A stretch of DNA of 64,000 nt from a bacterium (GTDB taxonomy: Bacteria > Patescibacteriota > Minisyncoccia > 1-14-0-10-42-19), in contig JAUYHD010000004.1 of assembly GCA_030690215.1 (NCBI GenBank), positions 31,090-95,089 on the forward strand, read 5' to 3'. The position numbers and the translations under genes are program-made. How positions within the stretch are numbered: position 1 is the stretch's first letter; the number at the start of each line of letters is the position of its first letter. Positions 21,667 through 31,876 of this stretch are shown one piece after another. The notes under the pieces are model-generated. The model made no database searches and was not told the DNA's origin. It saw nothing but the letters and a program-made list of their open reading frames with translations.

Positions 21667-22371
21667 TCAGTGAAGTAATTGGTATGCCGTGACAATAGCG
21701 GCAGTCTCGGACCTAAGCGTTAATTTCCCGAGAGAAATGACTAAATGACCTGCCTTTTGAGCTGTTTCTATCTCCTGCTTGTTCCATCCGCCCTCAGGGC
21801 CTACAAAGAGCGCTACAAAGGGCTTTGAGGGGTATGAGACAACCCGTTCAGCAGAAATATGAAGCGCCGGGAAAAACGACTGAAGCCCTCTTTTAGACGC
21901 ATATAGCACCGCCTCATGAAAAAGCATCATCGGCCGAAGTTTTGGAATAACGCTTCGTCCTGACTGTTCTGCCGCCTCTCTAATAATTTTTTCGGCCCGT
22001 TCCTGGTTAAAGCTTTTTTTTACGGAACGCTCCGTTAAAATAGGAACAAATTCGGTTACTCCGACCTCTACCCCCTTCTCAAGAACCCATTCAAATTTAT
22101 CTTTTTTAATAAGAGATTGGAACAATACAAGTTTTCGTTTTGGCTCCCGGTTTGGTATCGTACACTGCGTAATATGAACCACGCATCCTCGTCGCGAAAT
22201 ATCTTGAATGTTTGCCGTACAATCATATCCGGAACCATCAAAAAGAACAATTTCATCTCCTTCCCGCATACGAAGAACCGAGGAAATCTGATGAGCAATT
22301 TCGCGCGAACATTCTATGAGGGCATCTTTTTCTAATTTTTGATTTACAAAAAATCGATGAGGGTGGGACAT
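21667..22371 (-). CDS. rsmE: 16S rRNA (uracil1498-N3)-methyltransferase RsmE
   Basis: A 234-aa ORF. The N-terminus HRFFV, ...FVGPEGGW..., ...ISLGKLTLRSETA and the C-terminal motifs are typical of RsmE. Confidence 0.8.
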   Translation of the reverse strand: MSHPHRFFVNQKLEKDALIECSREIAHQISSVLRMREGDEIVLFDGSGYDCTANIQDISRRGCVVHITQCTIPNREPKRKLVLFQSLIKKDKFEWVLEKGVEVGVTEFVPILTERSVKKSFNQERAEKIIREAAEQSGRSVIPKLRPMMLFHEAVLYASKRGLQSFFPALHISAERVVSYPSKPFVALFVGPEGGWNKQEIETAQKAGHLVISLGKLTLRSETAAIVTAYQLLH

Positions 22372-22384
22372 ATCTTCTTATTGT

Positions 22385-22415
22385 AAACAAAAAAGCGGCT
22401 TCTTCAAGCCGCTCT
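22385..22415 (-). terminator. Rho-independent terminator (agcggcttgaagaagccgct + UUUUU on the minus strand)
   Basis: A hairpin plus T-run downstream of the 22421..23041 gene. Confidence 0.6.
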
Positions 22416-22420
22416 ACTTT

Positions 22421-23041
22421 TCATGCTATTGCGTCATCTGAAATGCCTACGCCATTTTTTATTGCCATCCAAAGACGCTGCAATTTGCCGTCAAAATCCG
22501 TGCTGTTATCAATCACAATATGATTAGGGTGTCCCTTCCAGGCATCCAGCGTGCGTCTGTCTTGCTTTCGCGCCTCCTCAAGCGTTTTTTCTACCCGCGC
22601 TTCATTGTCCAGATTATAATGCTCCTCTGCGCCATGCGCGGTGCTCACAAGATGACACACAATATCATATCGCGCATTATCAATCGCGATACTTTCTTGG
22701 CGCAATTGTTGTATAAGTGAATCGTATTCATGTATCGCCATATATGCTCTGCCGTCCCTGATGCCCCTGTCACACAAAAGGGCCTTCTGCGCATTTTTAA
22801 AGCGACTTAGGAATGCCCGGCATTGTTCTTCTTTTGCGATCTGCAAGCGCATAATATGCTCTTGAAAATCCAGCCAATCCACATGAGATAATTGTTCACG
22901 CACACCTGCAAAGAATAATTCTGTTGCCGTCTCCGAAATAGTCAGCACTCCAAAATCATGTTTTCGCAGTTGCGCTGCAACAAATGGAAGCGCGGATGTT
23001 TTCCCGCCGCATGGACCACCGGTCAACACAATCGTATACAT
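22421..23041 (-). CDS. P-loop NTPase (AAA_28-like predicted ATPase/kinase)
   Basis: Walker A LTGGPCGGKTS at the N-terminus. 206 aa. Confidence 0.6.
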   Translation of the reverse strand: MYTIVLTGGPCGGKTSALPFVAAQLRKHDFGVLTISETATELFFAGVREQLSHVDWLDFQEHIMRLQIAKEEQCRAFLSRFKNAQKALLCDRGIRDGRAYMAIHEYDSLIQQLRQESIAIDNARYDIVCHLVSTAHGAEEHYNLDNEARVEKTLEEARKQDRRTLDAWKGHPNHIVIDNSTDFDGKLQRLWMAIKNGVGISDDAIA

Positions 23042-23060
23042 GTCGCCCCCTCTTATTTTT

Positions 23061-23822
23061 TTATTTTTTTCCTCCGGAAACGCCTGCCTGTCCGGTAGGC
23101 AGGAATCCGCCTTTTGCGGAAAAGATCCTCGGGCATATTTCTCTCACATAACACCATTCGCATTCCGGTCGAGGGAACGCATGAACGCCCCTATTGTATT
23201 CAACCATTGTGTAATTTATCCATATCCAATCTTTTTTTGAAAATAACTTCATCAAGTCTCGTTCTATTTTATTGGGGTCGTTTTCTTTTGTAAAGCCAAA
23301 GCGTTGCGATACCTGGCGCACGTGCGTATCCACCGCAATGCCCTCGGCACGATGATAGACATGATTGAGCACAATATTCGCGGTTTTACGCGCAACGCCG
23401 GGGAGGCGCGTCAACTCTTCAATCGTCTTTGGCAATTTCCCATGAAAATCTTTTTCCAGCATTCGCGCAGACCCGATAATATTTTTCGCCTTTTGGCGGA
23501 AAAATCCGAGCGAATGTATCTCTTTTTGGAATATGGATAGATCGGCAGAAGCAAAATCATGCACCGTTTTGTATTTTGTAAATAATCCCCTCTCCTGCGT
23601 CACCTCATTTACCTTTTTATCCGTTGCCTGCGCTGAAAGCATTGTAGCTGCAAGCATCTGCATGGGTGTCTTGTACATCAAAACACTCCTTGTTCGCGGA
23701 TATGCTTTATGCAAACAAAAAAGCAGGGCCCTTGCCCTTTTTTTGCGCACTTCAAACGAGTCGTTTGCCCATTCTTGAAAAGAATGGGCGGCATGAATAT
23801 TTTTTTTCAACATAATACTCAC
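23061..23822 (-). CDS. nth: Endonuclease III (HhH-GPD DNA glycosylase)
   Basis: Helix-hairpin-helix LTRLPGVARKTANIVL, catalytic-region VDTHVRQV, and a C-terminal Cys cluster CEWCYVREIC. Confidence 0.82.
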   Translation of the reverse strand: MSIMLKKNIHAAHSFQEWANDSFEVRKKRARALLFCLHKAYPRTRSVLMYKTPMQMLAATMLSAQATDKKVNEVTQERGLFTKYKTVHDFASADLSIFQKEIHSLGFFRQKAKNIIGSARMLEKDFHGKLPKTIEELTRLPGVARKTANIVLNHVYHRAEGIAVDTHVRQVSQRFGFTKENDPNKIERDLMKLFSKKDWIWINYTMVEYNRGVHAFPRPECEWCYVREICPRIFSAKGGFLPTGQAGVSGGKK

Positions 23823-23954
23823 AGCTTTTCCCCCGTTAGGCTACATCGAAACATCGTACTTGTTTTATCAAAAACAATATTCCGATTATTGCCTTCACAT
23901 GTATGTTAACGATAATCCTTTATACTACCCCGTACGATGAAGATATAAAACATT

Positions 23955-23994
23955 CGATGTTGCCATACGGGGCATACCCCGTATGGCAACATCG
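23955..23994. repeat. Near-perfect 18-bp-arm palindrome 'cgatgttgccatacgggg cata ccccgtatggcaacatcg'. It is the core of dispersed repeat family B.
   Basis: Seen directly. Related copies are at 24100, 24460, 24765, 25775-26095, 41395-41475 and 41595, with short variants elsewhere. Confidence 0.8.
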
Positions 23995-24074
23995 AAAAAC
24001 GTCTTCCTTGCTGCATCTACTCGCATAATCTTAGAATTATACACAAAAAACCAATATTTCTTTGCTAATTTGTA

Positions 24075-24353
24075 TTATTCCGTAAGACGTAAAGGTTTTG
24101 CTTTCGATGTTGCCATACGGGGTTCCACAAGAAAGTCGGGTATTTCTATTATCTTATTGGGCTTGCGTACACCCCTGCGAAGGCGAATCTTTGAGGGTGA
24201 AATATTAAAATAAACTGCAAGCGCGTCTAGTACCGCTCTGTTTGCTTTGCCCCCTTCCGCTTTTTCTTTTACATACACATCAAAAGAATCATTTTTCTTT
24301 TGAATAATCGCGTCTTTCGGCGACCGGGTATGGGCTTTCACTTTTACAAGCAT
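24075..24353 (-). CDS. DUF167 (YggU) family protein
   Basis: MLVKVKAHTRSPKD...FDVYVKEKAEGGKANRAVLDALAVYFNISPSKIRL matches the YggU pattern. The C-terminus probably reads into a repeat copy. Confidence 0.55.
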   Translation of the reverse strand: MLVKVKAHTRSPKDAIIQKKNDSFDVYVKEKAEGGKANRAVLDALAVYFNISPSKIRLRRGVRKPNKIIEIPDFLVEPRMATSKAKPLRLTE

Positions 24354-24475
24354 ACCTAACCAAAAAATCGACTGCTCGCAAAAAGCACGATAAGCCCGAC
24401 AATGATGACCAGAGCAAATCTGCTAATATATGACCACAATGAACCTTTATTGTTACCTTGGGGAGGCATACCCCG

Positions 24476-24772
24476 TTAGGCTAAATCAAATGAAGAAGAC
24501 CAATACTCCCGCAGGCGATTCCTCAAAAATCTGCGTCCTGCAGTAGATTTGAGATAACGCTCACGCTGCATGGCGTCTTCTTGATTTGTACAAGCCTCAA
24601 GATAAATGATAATAAATGGTAGTCTCATTTTTGTTGAAAAGTTATACCCCCGTTTGTGCTCTTCTAATCGTTTTTTAATATTCTTTGTATATCCTACATA
24701 CATATTGCCGTCCTTTTTGCTCCGCAATACGTATGTCCAGAAGAGCACATTTGATTTTGCCATACGGGGCAT
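24476..24772 (-). CDS. GIY-YIG nuclease (catalytic domain only)
   Basis: WTYVLRSKKDGNMYVGYTKNIKKRLEEHKRG. Family-B repeat copies flank it on both sides. Confidence 0.8.
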   Translation of the reverse strand: MPRMAKSNVLFWTYVLRSKKDGNMYVGYTKNIKKRLEEHKRGYNFSTKMRLPFIIIYLEACTNQEDAMQRERYLKSTAGRRFLRNRLREYWSSSFDLA

Positions 24773-24805
24773 ATATCTATTATACTACGCGAACTCTTTT
24801 TATAT

Positions 24806-24830
24806 AAAAAATCCCGCTTTAAGCGGGGTT
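24806..24830. terminator. Bidirectional terminator hairpin 'cccgctttaagcgggg' with T-runs on both sides
   Basis: Seen directly between the GIY-YIG gene and the TPR gene. Confidence 0.55.
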
Positions 24831-24832
24831 TT

Positions 24833-25501
24833 TTATATGGCATCAAGCATTGACTGCAGAACCGCTGAAATCGTAGGGTGGTTCGTTATTGCTCCTTGCA
24901 ATAATTCACGCGCGCTTGCTTTATCTCCCAAAATATCTACATACAGCTCAACTGCCGCTGCGTAATATTGGGGATTTGTCGGCGCTTTCTCTATTGCCTT
25001 GAGTATATACTCCTCCCCTTTTTGGTTGTCGTGGAAGTGATATATATATAAATTGGAAAGATTATTGAATACACGAGCATCATCCGGCTGAATAAACGCA
25101 ACATAGCTCCAAATCTCCTCTGCTCCCTTGTAGTCTTCAATTAGTTTGCGGTACGTTCCTAGTTCCAACCAATGATCTACGAGCGCAGAATCGCTTTTTA
25201 GAGTGTCTATCAATTCCGCTATTTTTTGCTTTGCCTGCGTTGCAGATTCAGAATTCATCCCCTCGGGGATAACAACCGGCCGATCAAGATCAGGAATTGG
25301 AACCGAATCTATGCTATTTGAGACATCGGCGGGCACGACAACGGCATCTATGCCGTTGTCTTTGTTTTCGTTTTTACCATCTTCTGTAGAAGAGGGGCTG
25401 TTGGCATTGTATAGGAACATAACACCCCCAAACAGAAAAAGAACCAAAAAACCAATAATGTATATTTTGTATTTTTGCATACCCTTGTTAAAAATTTCCA
25501 A
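24833..25501 (-). CDS. Membrane-anchored TPR-repeat protein
   Basis: An N-terminal TM helix. The C-terminal half carries TPR-like repeats (…AEEIWSYVAFIQPDDARVFNNLSNLYIY…EEYILKAIEKAPTNPQYYAAAVELY…). Confidence 0.55.
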   Translation of the reverse strand: MEIFNKGMQKYKIYIIGFLVLFLFGGVMFLYNANSPSSTEDGKNENKDNGIDAVVVPADVSNSIDSVPIPDLDRPVVIPEGMNSESATQAKQKIAELIDTLKSDSALVDHWLELGTYRKLIEDYKGAEEIWSYVAFIQPDDARVFNNLSNLYIYHFHDNQKGEEYILKAIEKAPTNPQYYAAAVELYVDILGDKASARELLQGAITNHPTISAVLQSMLDAI

Positions 25502-25774
25502 TTTTAAATTTCCAATTTTTATTCAATGACATAATTCCAAAATTTTTAAATAGTGTAAGAAATTGAATCATTAAACATTGATTATTCTTCGATTTTGCTC
25601 AGAATCTTAAAATCTTGAGCTTGCCGAAAGAAAAATTCAAAATTAAGAATTAAAAATTAAACACTACTGATACTATTTCGTATTATCCCGAAATACATAA
25701 AGATTTTGCTTTTCTGCCGGAGGCAGATCTGCTCGCCTCGTTTTCGCCTTGGCGAAGCGGGCCTTCGGCATGAC

Positions 25775-26095
25775 GATGTTGCCATACGGGGCATACCCCG
25801 TTAGGCTACATCGAAAAACGTCTTCCTCGCAAAACCGCCGAATATATTTCGATGTTTACCTTTTATTGTACTTTTACTAATAATACTTTGTGTTATTCCC
25901 GTAAGACGCAAAGGTTTTGCTTTCGATGTTGCCATACGGGGCATACCCCGTTAGGCTACATCGAAAAACGTCTTCCTCGCAAAACCGCCGAATATATTTC
26001 GATGTTTACCTTTTATTGTACTTTTACTAATAATACTTTGTGTTATTCCCGTAAGACGTAAAGGTTTTGCTTTCGATGTTGCCATACGGGGCATA
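25775..26095. repeat. Tandem array: a 150-bp unit present 2.1 times (one mismatch between units). Each unit contains a family-B palindromic core.
   Basis: Unit starts are at 25775, 25925 and 26075. The repeated translation (FTFYCTFTNNTLCYSRKT x2) is visible in the ORF track. Confidence 0.85.
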
Positions 26096-26277
26096 TCTAC
26101 AATTTGTATCACAGGTTCTTTTTTATTTCAACCCCGACCTTGAGAATCCTTAATGCTCTCAGAGAACTGCACTATAAGGATTCTCAAGAGCGGGGCAATG
26201 CAAAAGCCCCGTGTTTCCACGGGGCTTTTGGAGCCGTCTCTTCGCTCACGAGGAGCAAAGGACCACAAGAGGCTCTA

Positions 26278-29200
26278 TTAGTTAGAAGACGTCAATGTCT
26301 CAAAGGACATGTTCGTCGTCGGCAAACCGGGTACAAGATAACCGTTCGTAAAGTCAAGATCGGTAAGCGCAATTGACGTTGTCGTAGAATTCGGTGACCA
26401 GATAAGGTCATCATTCGTGTCAGTGTCAATAAATGTCGCGCTTGCCATAGCGATCTTGTCTGTTGCGTTTATGTTTTCATCCGGGTGAGGGGTAGCGGTT
26501 GGATATGCCGCATCTCCCATCAATCGTACTTCAAACGATTCTTCGCCAGAGCTTGTCTCAACGCCATACACGTCTGCTGCAAAGCGGAACCATCGTGTTT
26601 CCCCTGAAGGAATCTTGTACGTGGTTGTCGCTGTGCCACAGGTTGTCTTGTTGAAGTTTACGTTAATGTCAGTGTTGTCAAGACCAATCACGCTTACGTT
26701 ATCCGTTGCCTCAACTGCTGCTGTCTTGTCGGAAGACTTAAACATACCCCCAAAGAGAAGAATAGCATCAGTTGGGTACGCGCAATTCTCGGCATTCAAC
26801 AGACCTGTCGTTGAAAACGACGTGTCGGGTGAGGCAAAACTGGAGTCAGTAAATGCGTACACCGAATATCCAGATGTTGACGCATTTGCAAGGTTCCCGG
26901 TTGAAGATGACAGCTGGAATGTAAACTTGTACAACTGTACGTCGTTACCAACCGCCGTTACCTTGAATTTGTAGATTGTTCGGTCAGAACCAGTCTGCAT
27001 AGTTCGTTCTGAAGTTGACAAGTCAATCTTTGCAAATGACGGGTACGACTTCATGATACGAACACCGGTAATGGTTGTGTCGCTGCCTGTTGGCGAGATG
27101 TTTGATCCTGATCCCACGCCAACACCATAGTTTCCTCCGCTCAAACCAAGCGCACCGGCATCCCACTGCACTTGGAGAAAGTCACCGGATGCTACGAGCG
27201 GACCTGACACAGTAATGCCACCAATATCACCTTTAACAGTCATAGTCTTTGAGCTGTCTTTCGGCACTCGGAATGCGCCTGAAGCAATTACTGAAGATGT
27301 CGCGAAATCTCCGTTTGCTCCGAATGTCGCATCCGCTAGCCATGTTGAGCCATCGTACAAGCTGACTTTTTGGCCTATCAAATCAATCGGTGAGTTCGTT
27401 GCAACAGCAGAAAGCTCGAAGTTTACGCGGCGAATGTCAATGTCTTCAAACGATGCCGAAAACTTAAGTTTCGCAAGCGTTACGCCTGTTGTTCCTGACT
27501 GAACAATGCTGTATCCCGGCGTTGAATCATCAGTAACGGTATATGTCCCGCCTGTTTGAACAGTCATTGTTTGGCCGACGACACCTGTCCCATCGCCTGA
27601 ACCATTTTCAGTAACAGTTGCTGACTGCCCTGAAGTCACTCCAGTCGGCGTAGGAGATGAAGCAGTGCTGTATCCCCATCGGAATCCTGTGTTCGCAGCT
27701 GCACCGGTTGAAATATTACACTTTAATCCTATCGTCTTTACTGTCCCTTTCGGAACAATCAAACCGCTGCCCAAGAACGTAAATGACGTTGAAGATCCAA
27801 CCGCGCTTGGGTCTACTCCATCAGACACGATTGTCGCGCCGTCATAGAGCTTACATGCAGTCAAGTTAGTTGCTGTTCCTCCCACCGGTGTTCCATATTC
27901 AAGCGGAAGTGAAGCAAACCGAATGTCGTCCCCAGAATTTGTAGCGTCAAGTTCATAATTCGCGAAAAGAAAATCACTTGTGCCTGCTACAACATTCTGC
28001 GCGAGCGGTACGCTTGAAACGCTGATTGTTACTGCCGCCGCTTTAAGCGTCATTGTGTTTCCGCTGATTGCCGATGATGGAGACGGTGTAATAGATACTG
28101 ATGTCGTCTGTCCGGTTACTGTCGTCCACTGGGTGCTTGGGGTTGTGGATGCGTGTACCGTGTCATTGTTGTCAAAGTCACTTCCATATTTACCCTTCAA
28201 TGTGTACGTTTTCTTCCCAACAGGGAATATGATTGTTTCGGTGAAAGTAACCGTACCATACGAACCGCTTACCACTACTCCGTCTGCGGGACCTGCCAAC
28301 ACTACGCCGTCATCGCGAACAAGCGAAATGTTTGTAAGGTCTGCAGGATCACCTGTTCCGGTAGTTCCAAGACCAAAGATGATCTGCGCTACCGATATTT
28401 CTTCACCCTTTATTTCTACGTTGAACCCACCAATTGCCTGGTCAGGAACGTTTTCTGCAACGTTTTGTGACTGAACAGCTGATGAATTTTCTACCGTAAG
28501 AGTTCCGGTATCAATAGTAACTTGGTAGCCATCAAACCATGGGTTTGTATCCTCATGGAACGCGCCATCGTCAGTGCCTGAAGCGTCAGTGCCATTTGGA
28601 GGCGAGATATTGTATCCGAATGTCTTTCCGTAGAACGTTACGTCTGTCCTGCGGAAGATATCAAAGTCAATCGTCCTGCTTGATCCGTCTACAATATCGC
28701 CTTTCACAGAAACTTCCGTTGAAAATCCTTTTGCAATAGAAACGCCTGCTCCAAACGACGCGCTGTAGTATTTGCCGTCATCAGAAACCTTCGCGTCATA
28801 CGCTGTGCCGTCTACTACAATTTTTACGTTCGCCAAGTCTGATGAAGCCGCCGAACCTGACTGGTTAAAGCGGATGTTCTTCAAAAGAAGATCTTCTGCC
28901 GAACCTGCGGTAAATTTAACCGATGTGAATGTGTATGCTGTTTCACCTACCTTCTTGTTTACGCTTGAACCCGGGTCCAATGGACCAATCGCGTTCGTAA
29001 CGCTACCAATAGTGAGTGAATTGTTTGCGGTGTGGATTGCTCCCTTAATAGGAAGTGACCCCTCTAATGTTGCAGTACCCTTCAACGCAATTGCGGTTAC
29101 CGCCAAAATAGGCGCTTCTCCTACATTTGCTGAAAGACTCGCAGCCATGTCACCTCCAACGGTGACTGTCTTTGTTGTTCCTGCCTTAATTGTGAAGTCT

Positions 29201-29961
29201 TCGGTAAGGGTTGCCTGGTGAAGCGAGTTCAATGATTTGGAAAGCCCGATTCGGGTTCCATCGCTATCAATCAAGACAACACCTGAAAATGCGGAGTCTG
29301 CACCCAATCCCTGTCGTTCAACAGTGACTGAATCAACGATTACATCGCTTGCTCCCGCGCTTAATGTAATAACCGTGAATGGAACTCCTTGTGCGTTCTT
29401 TACCGCCAAAGAATCTGCCGGCTGGGTGCCCGCGGCAACCAATAAGCTACCAGCTGATACCGGCGTAGTTGGTGTGGTTGGCGTAGTTGGTGTCCCAAAC
29501 AATGCATTTAATTTAGCTCGCGTTCCCGCTCCTACAAATCCTGTAGGCGCGCTAAGTCCCAATGGAGTCAACACTTCAGAAGCATATTTGTTCTGGAAGC
29601 AGTTGGCCGCATCACGCGTGATAGGACCAAAGTATCCTGTGTAAGATCCGAAAGTGAAGCATCCTTCCAAGTCCAGCGCTTGCTGGAGGGCTTTTACTTC
29701 ATCGCTGGTCATTCCCATTGAAAGGTTCGTATTGAACACATGGGAAAATCCCGATGAGCCTCCCGACAAACCTGAAAGCTGTGTTTGCAATGTTGCAATC
29801 TGCGCTAACAGTGCTTGGATTTGTGCTTGAAGGTCAGCAACTGTTTGCGCTTGAGCTGCTACCGGAATCAAATATCCGATACCCCCAAGCCACAAAGCAG
29901 TTGTTACACTGAGAACGGTGGAAGCAATTTTTGCTTTCATCGTCCCTTTAAAGCTACTCAT
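26278..29961 (-). CDS. Giant secreted cell-surface protein with a PG_binding_1 (peptidoglycan-binding) domain and a long Thr/Ser/Gly-rich beta-rich region
   Basis: A 1227-aa ORF. It has a signal peptide/TM at the N-terminus, a coiled QAQIQALLAQIATLQTQL segment, the PG-binding-like motif MTSDEVKALQQALDLEGCF...YFGPITRDA, and a TPTTPTTPTTP linker. Confidence 0.75.
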   Translation of the reverse strand: MSSFKGTMKAKIASTVLSVTTALWLGGIGYLIPVAAQAQTVADLQAQIQALLAQIATLQTQLSGLSGGSSGFSHVFNTNLSMGMTSDEVKALQQALDLEGCFTFGSYTGYFGPITRDAANCFQNKYASEVLTPLGLSAPTGFVGAGTRAKLNALFGTPTTPTTPTTPVSAGSLLVAAGTQPADSLAVKNAQGVPFTVITLSAGASDVIVDSVTVERQGLGADSAFSGVVLIDSDGTRIGLSKSLNSLHQATLTEDFTIKAGTTKTVTVGGDMAASLSANVGEAPILAVTAIALKGTATLEGSLPIKGAIHTANNSLTIGSVTNAIGPLDPGSSVNKKVGETAYTFTSVKFTAGSAEDLLLKNIRFNQSGSAASSDLANVKIVVDGTAYDAKVSDDGKYYSASFGAGVSIAKGFSTEVSVKGDIVDGSSRTIDFDIFRRTDVTFYGKTFGYNISPPNGTDASGTDDGAFHEDTNPWFDGYQVTIDTGTLTVENSSAVQSQNVAENVPDQAIGGFNVEIKGEEISVAQIIFGLGTTGTGDPADLTNISLVRDDGVVLAGPADGVVVSGSYGTVTFTETIIFPVGKKTYTLKGKYGSDFDNNDTVHASTTPSTQWTTVTGQTTSVSITPSPSSAISGNTMTLKAAAVTISVSSVPLAQNVVAGTSDFLFANYELDATNSGDDIRFASLPLEYGTPVGGTATNLTACKLYDGATIVSDGVDPSAVGSSTSFTFLGSGLIVPKGTVKTIGLKCNISTGAAANTGFRWGYSTASSPTPTGVTSGQSATVTENGSGDGTGVVGQTMTVQTGGTYTVTDDSTPGYSIVQSGTTGVTLAKLKFSASFEDIDIRRVNFELSAVATNSPIDLIGQKVSLYDGSTWLADATFGANGDFATSSVIASGAFRVPKDSSKTMTVKGDIGGITVSGPLVASGDFLQVQWDAGALGLSGGNYGVGVGSGSNISPTGSDTTITGVRIMKSYPSFAKIDLSTSERTMQTGSDRTIYKFKVTAVGNDVQLYKFTFQLSSSTGNLANASTSGYSVYAFTDSSFASPDTSFSTTGLLNAENCAYPTDAILLFGGMFKSSDKTAAVEATDNVSVIGLDNTDINVNFNKTTCGTATTTYKIPSGETRWFRFAADVYGVETSSGEESFEVRLMGDAAYPTATPHPDENINATDKIAMASATFIDTDTNDDLIWSPNSTTTSIALTDLDFTNGYLVPGLPTTNMSFETLTSSN

Positions 29962-30919
29962 ATGTGATAATGAATGGCTCTTTTTTTCTCCCGCTCTTTA
30001 CCCACCTTTCATCGTAGATAACATATATTCTATCGGAATACCGATACATACGATGCTATCTATACGCAAAGACAAACAAAGAGCGGGATTCAAAAAGAGT
30101 TTTGAGAAAGATAGACATGGTTCCGACAAATTGACCACATAATAACTTTCTCTGATGTTCAAAAATTAATAATTCTCAAATTTTAAATCTGCGTACTGCG
30201 AGGAGCAAAGCCATTAAGAAAAATTCTCATCGACCTGGCCTACCGGCATACATAATATGTATATATTGCATACGCCAAGTAACTCCTCCTTTTTCTTTAG
30301 ACATAACAATTAACCGAAACAGAACTATTTCACACAATCATCCGTACTGCCGTTTATATAAAACTGTTAATGTCCTTCCCTAGATTCTTTGAAGGGAAAT
30401 TTACTTTCCCTTTCCTATGCGTCGCGCCAAACGCGATGAACAGGGTAAGGAAAAATAATCGTACTACTTTCTAATTTCTAACCTCTAAACAAATCCTATG
30501 TCGTATCTTATATCTTCTTTTTTCATAAAAAAATTCTTGTGTTAATTGTAAAAAATAATTCGTACATACAGATACAGGAAACCAGCCAGTAAAATGGCCT
30601 TGATAAAAAATTTTTACACTCTATCTACATACATACACACGTGCACTCTTCACTTCGGTCATTCTCCCTTATATTCATTATAATTAGAGCAAAAAATGCT
30701 TGCAAAATGGTTCTGTGGATAACTTAAATGCGCATTTTTCGTCCTATCCAAATCTTGCTATAATCCTTGTTTCTCCAGTAAAAATCGTTATTTCTCGCTT
30801 CCTTAAATCATAAAGCAAGAAAGAATACTCGGTCAACAAATAAGCGCCCCAGAACAACAATAATATAATCTGTCAACTGCGAGCCTGTCAGAAAAAGGAC
30901 CATAAAGTATATAATTCTT

Positions 30920-31765
30920 TTAGTCAACCGTTAGCGCGTATCTCCGCCACCGCTTATCTCCATGTTTTTTGACCACGCCGTCTCCTGCGAGCGAAATAAG
31001 ATCCCGCTGTATGGTTTTTCCGCTTATTCCGGCAAAATATGCCGCCACATCACCCGCGCTCACCTCCCCCCGTTCACGGATAATAGAGACAATTTTTTCT
31101 TTTCTGCCACTATCGCCGCCAACAGAAACATATTCATGATTTTCTTTTTCACTCTGGCGAGCATTGTTTGTTTTTGGTTTACCGTAGGACGAAGAATCGC
31201 TATGGTCTTTATTTACAGATTGAGAAAAATATTGTGTACTGCTATTGTTTTCGTTTTTTTTCTGGAAAATGTCTTTAAGATTATCTTCATTATTTCGTTT
31301 TGGCAAAAAAGAGTCTTTTTCTTTTTTCTGTTTGTCTAATTCGGCATTATTGTCTTTTAGAATTTCCTCCAAGGACCTCATGGACAATTGTTTCGCAGAT
31401 TCTGGCAACAATTCATCTTTTTTGTCTTTTATAAAATTAAAAAGCGCGCTGTATTCTTTACTTAATACCTCAAAATTTGTCCGAGAGATAAACGTACCCA
31501 AAGAAGCAAGTCCAAGCGCGTGCGTCATATGAGGAATTATTTTTTCTATCCTGTCAATATATTTTATCCGGTCATAGACACCTGCATCCTCAATTTTTAA
31601 AAACATCTCAAAAATAAGCAGCCCCTCTTCCCGCAAATACCATTTTAATGGCTCTCGATCAGGGAAAATATCGGTAATTCTATAAAGCGCTTCCGTAATT
31701 TTCTGAGCGTGATTGCGCATATACGCGCAATAAATATTTGAATTATGAGAAGAGAAATTTAACAT
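30920..31765 (-). CDS. Hypothetical protein with a C-terminal DeoR-like winged-helix DNA-binding domain
   Basis: The C-terminus IVSIIRERGEVSAGDVAAYFAGISGKTIQRDLISLAGDGVVKKHG is HTH-like. 281 aa. Confidence 0.5.
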   Translation of the reverse strand: MLNFSSHNSNIYCAYMRNHAQKITEALYRITDIFPDREPLKWYLREEGLLIFEMFLKIEDAGVYDRIKYIDRIEKIIPHMTHALGLASLGTFISRTNFEVLSKEYSALFNFIKDKKDELLPESAKQLSMRSLEEILKDNNAELDKQKKEKDSFLPKRNNEDNLKDIFQKKNENNSSTQYFSQSVNKDHSDSSSYGKPKTNNARQSEKENHEYVSVGGDSGRKEKIVSIIRERGEVSAGDVAAYFAGISGKTIQRDLISLAGDGVVKKHGDKRWRRYALTVD

Positions 31766-31876
31766 AGTTATAAAATAGAAGAGACCATCAAGTTACTTAA
31801 TATTAAATAATACACTATGCATTCGCCCATGAAAACAAAGAACATTATCTGCTCTCATAGAGCATTGGGGATATTG

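Noticed and set aside
25775-26095. Possible CRISPR array suggested by regularly spaced identical sequence
   Set aside because: The repeating unit is 150 bp with no unique spacers between copies, and no cas genes are nearby. It is a plain tandem duplication of a MITE-like element.
26615-29644. Plus-strand ORFs inside the 1227-aa surface protein gene
   Set aside because: Same reasoning. They are shadow ORFs in Thr/Ser/Gly-rich coding sequence.
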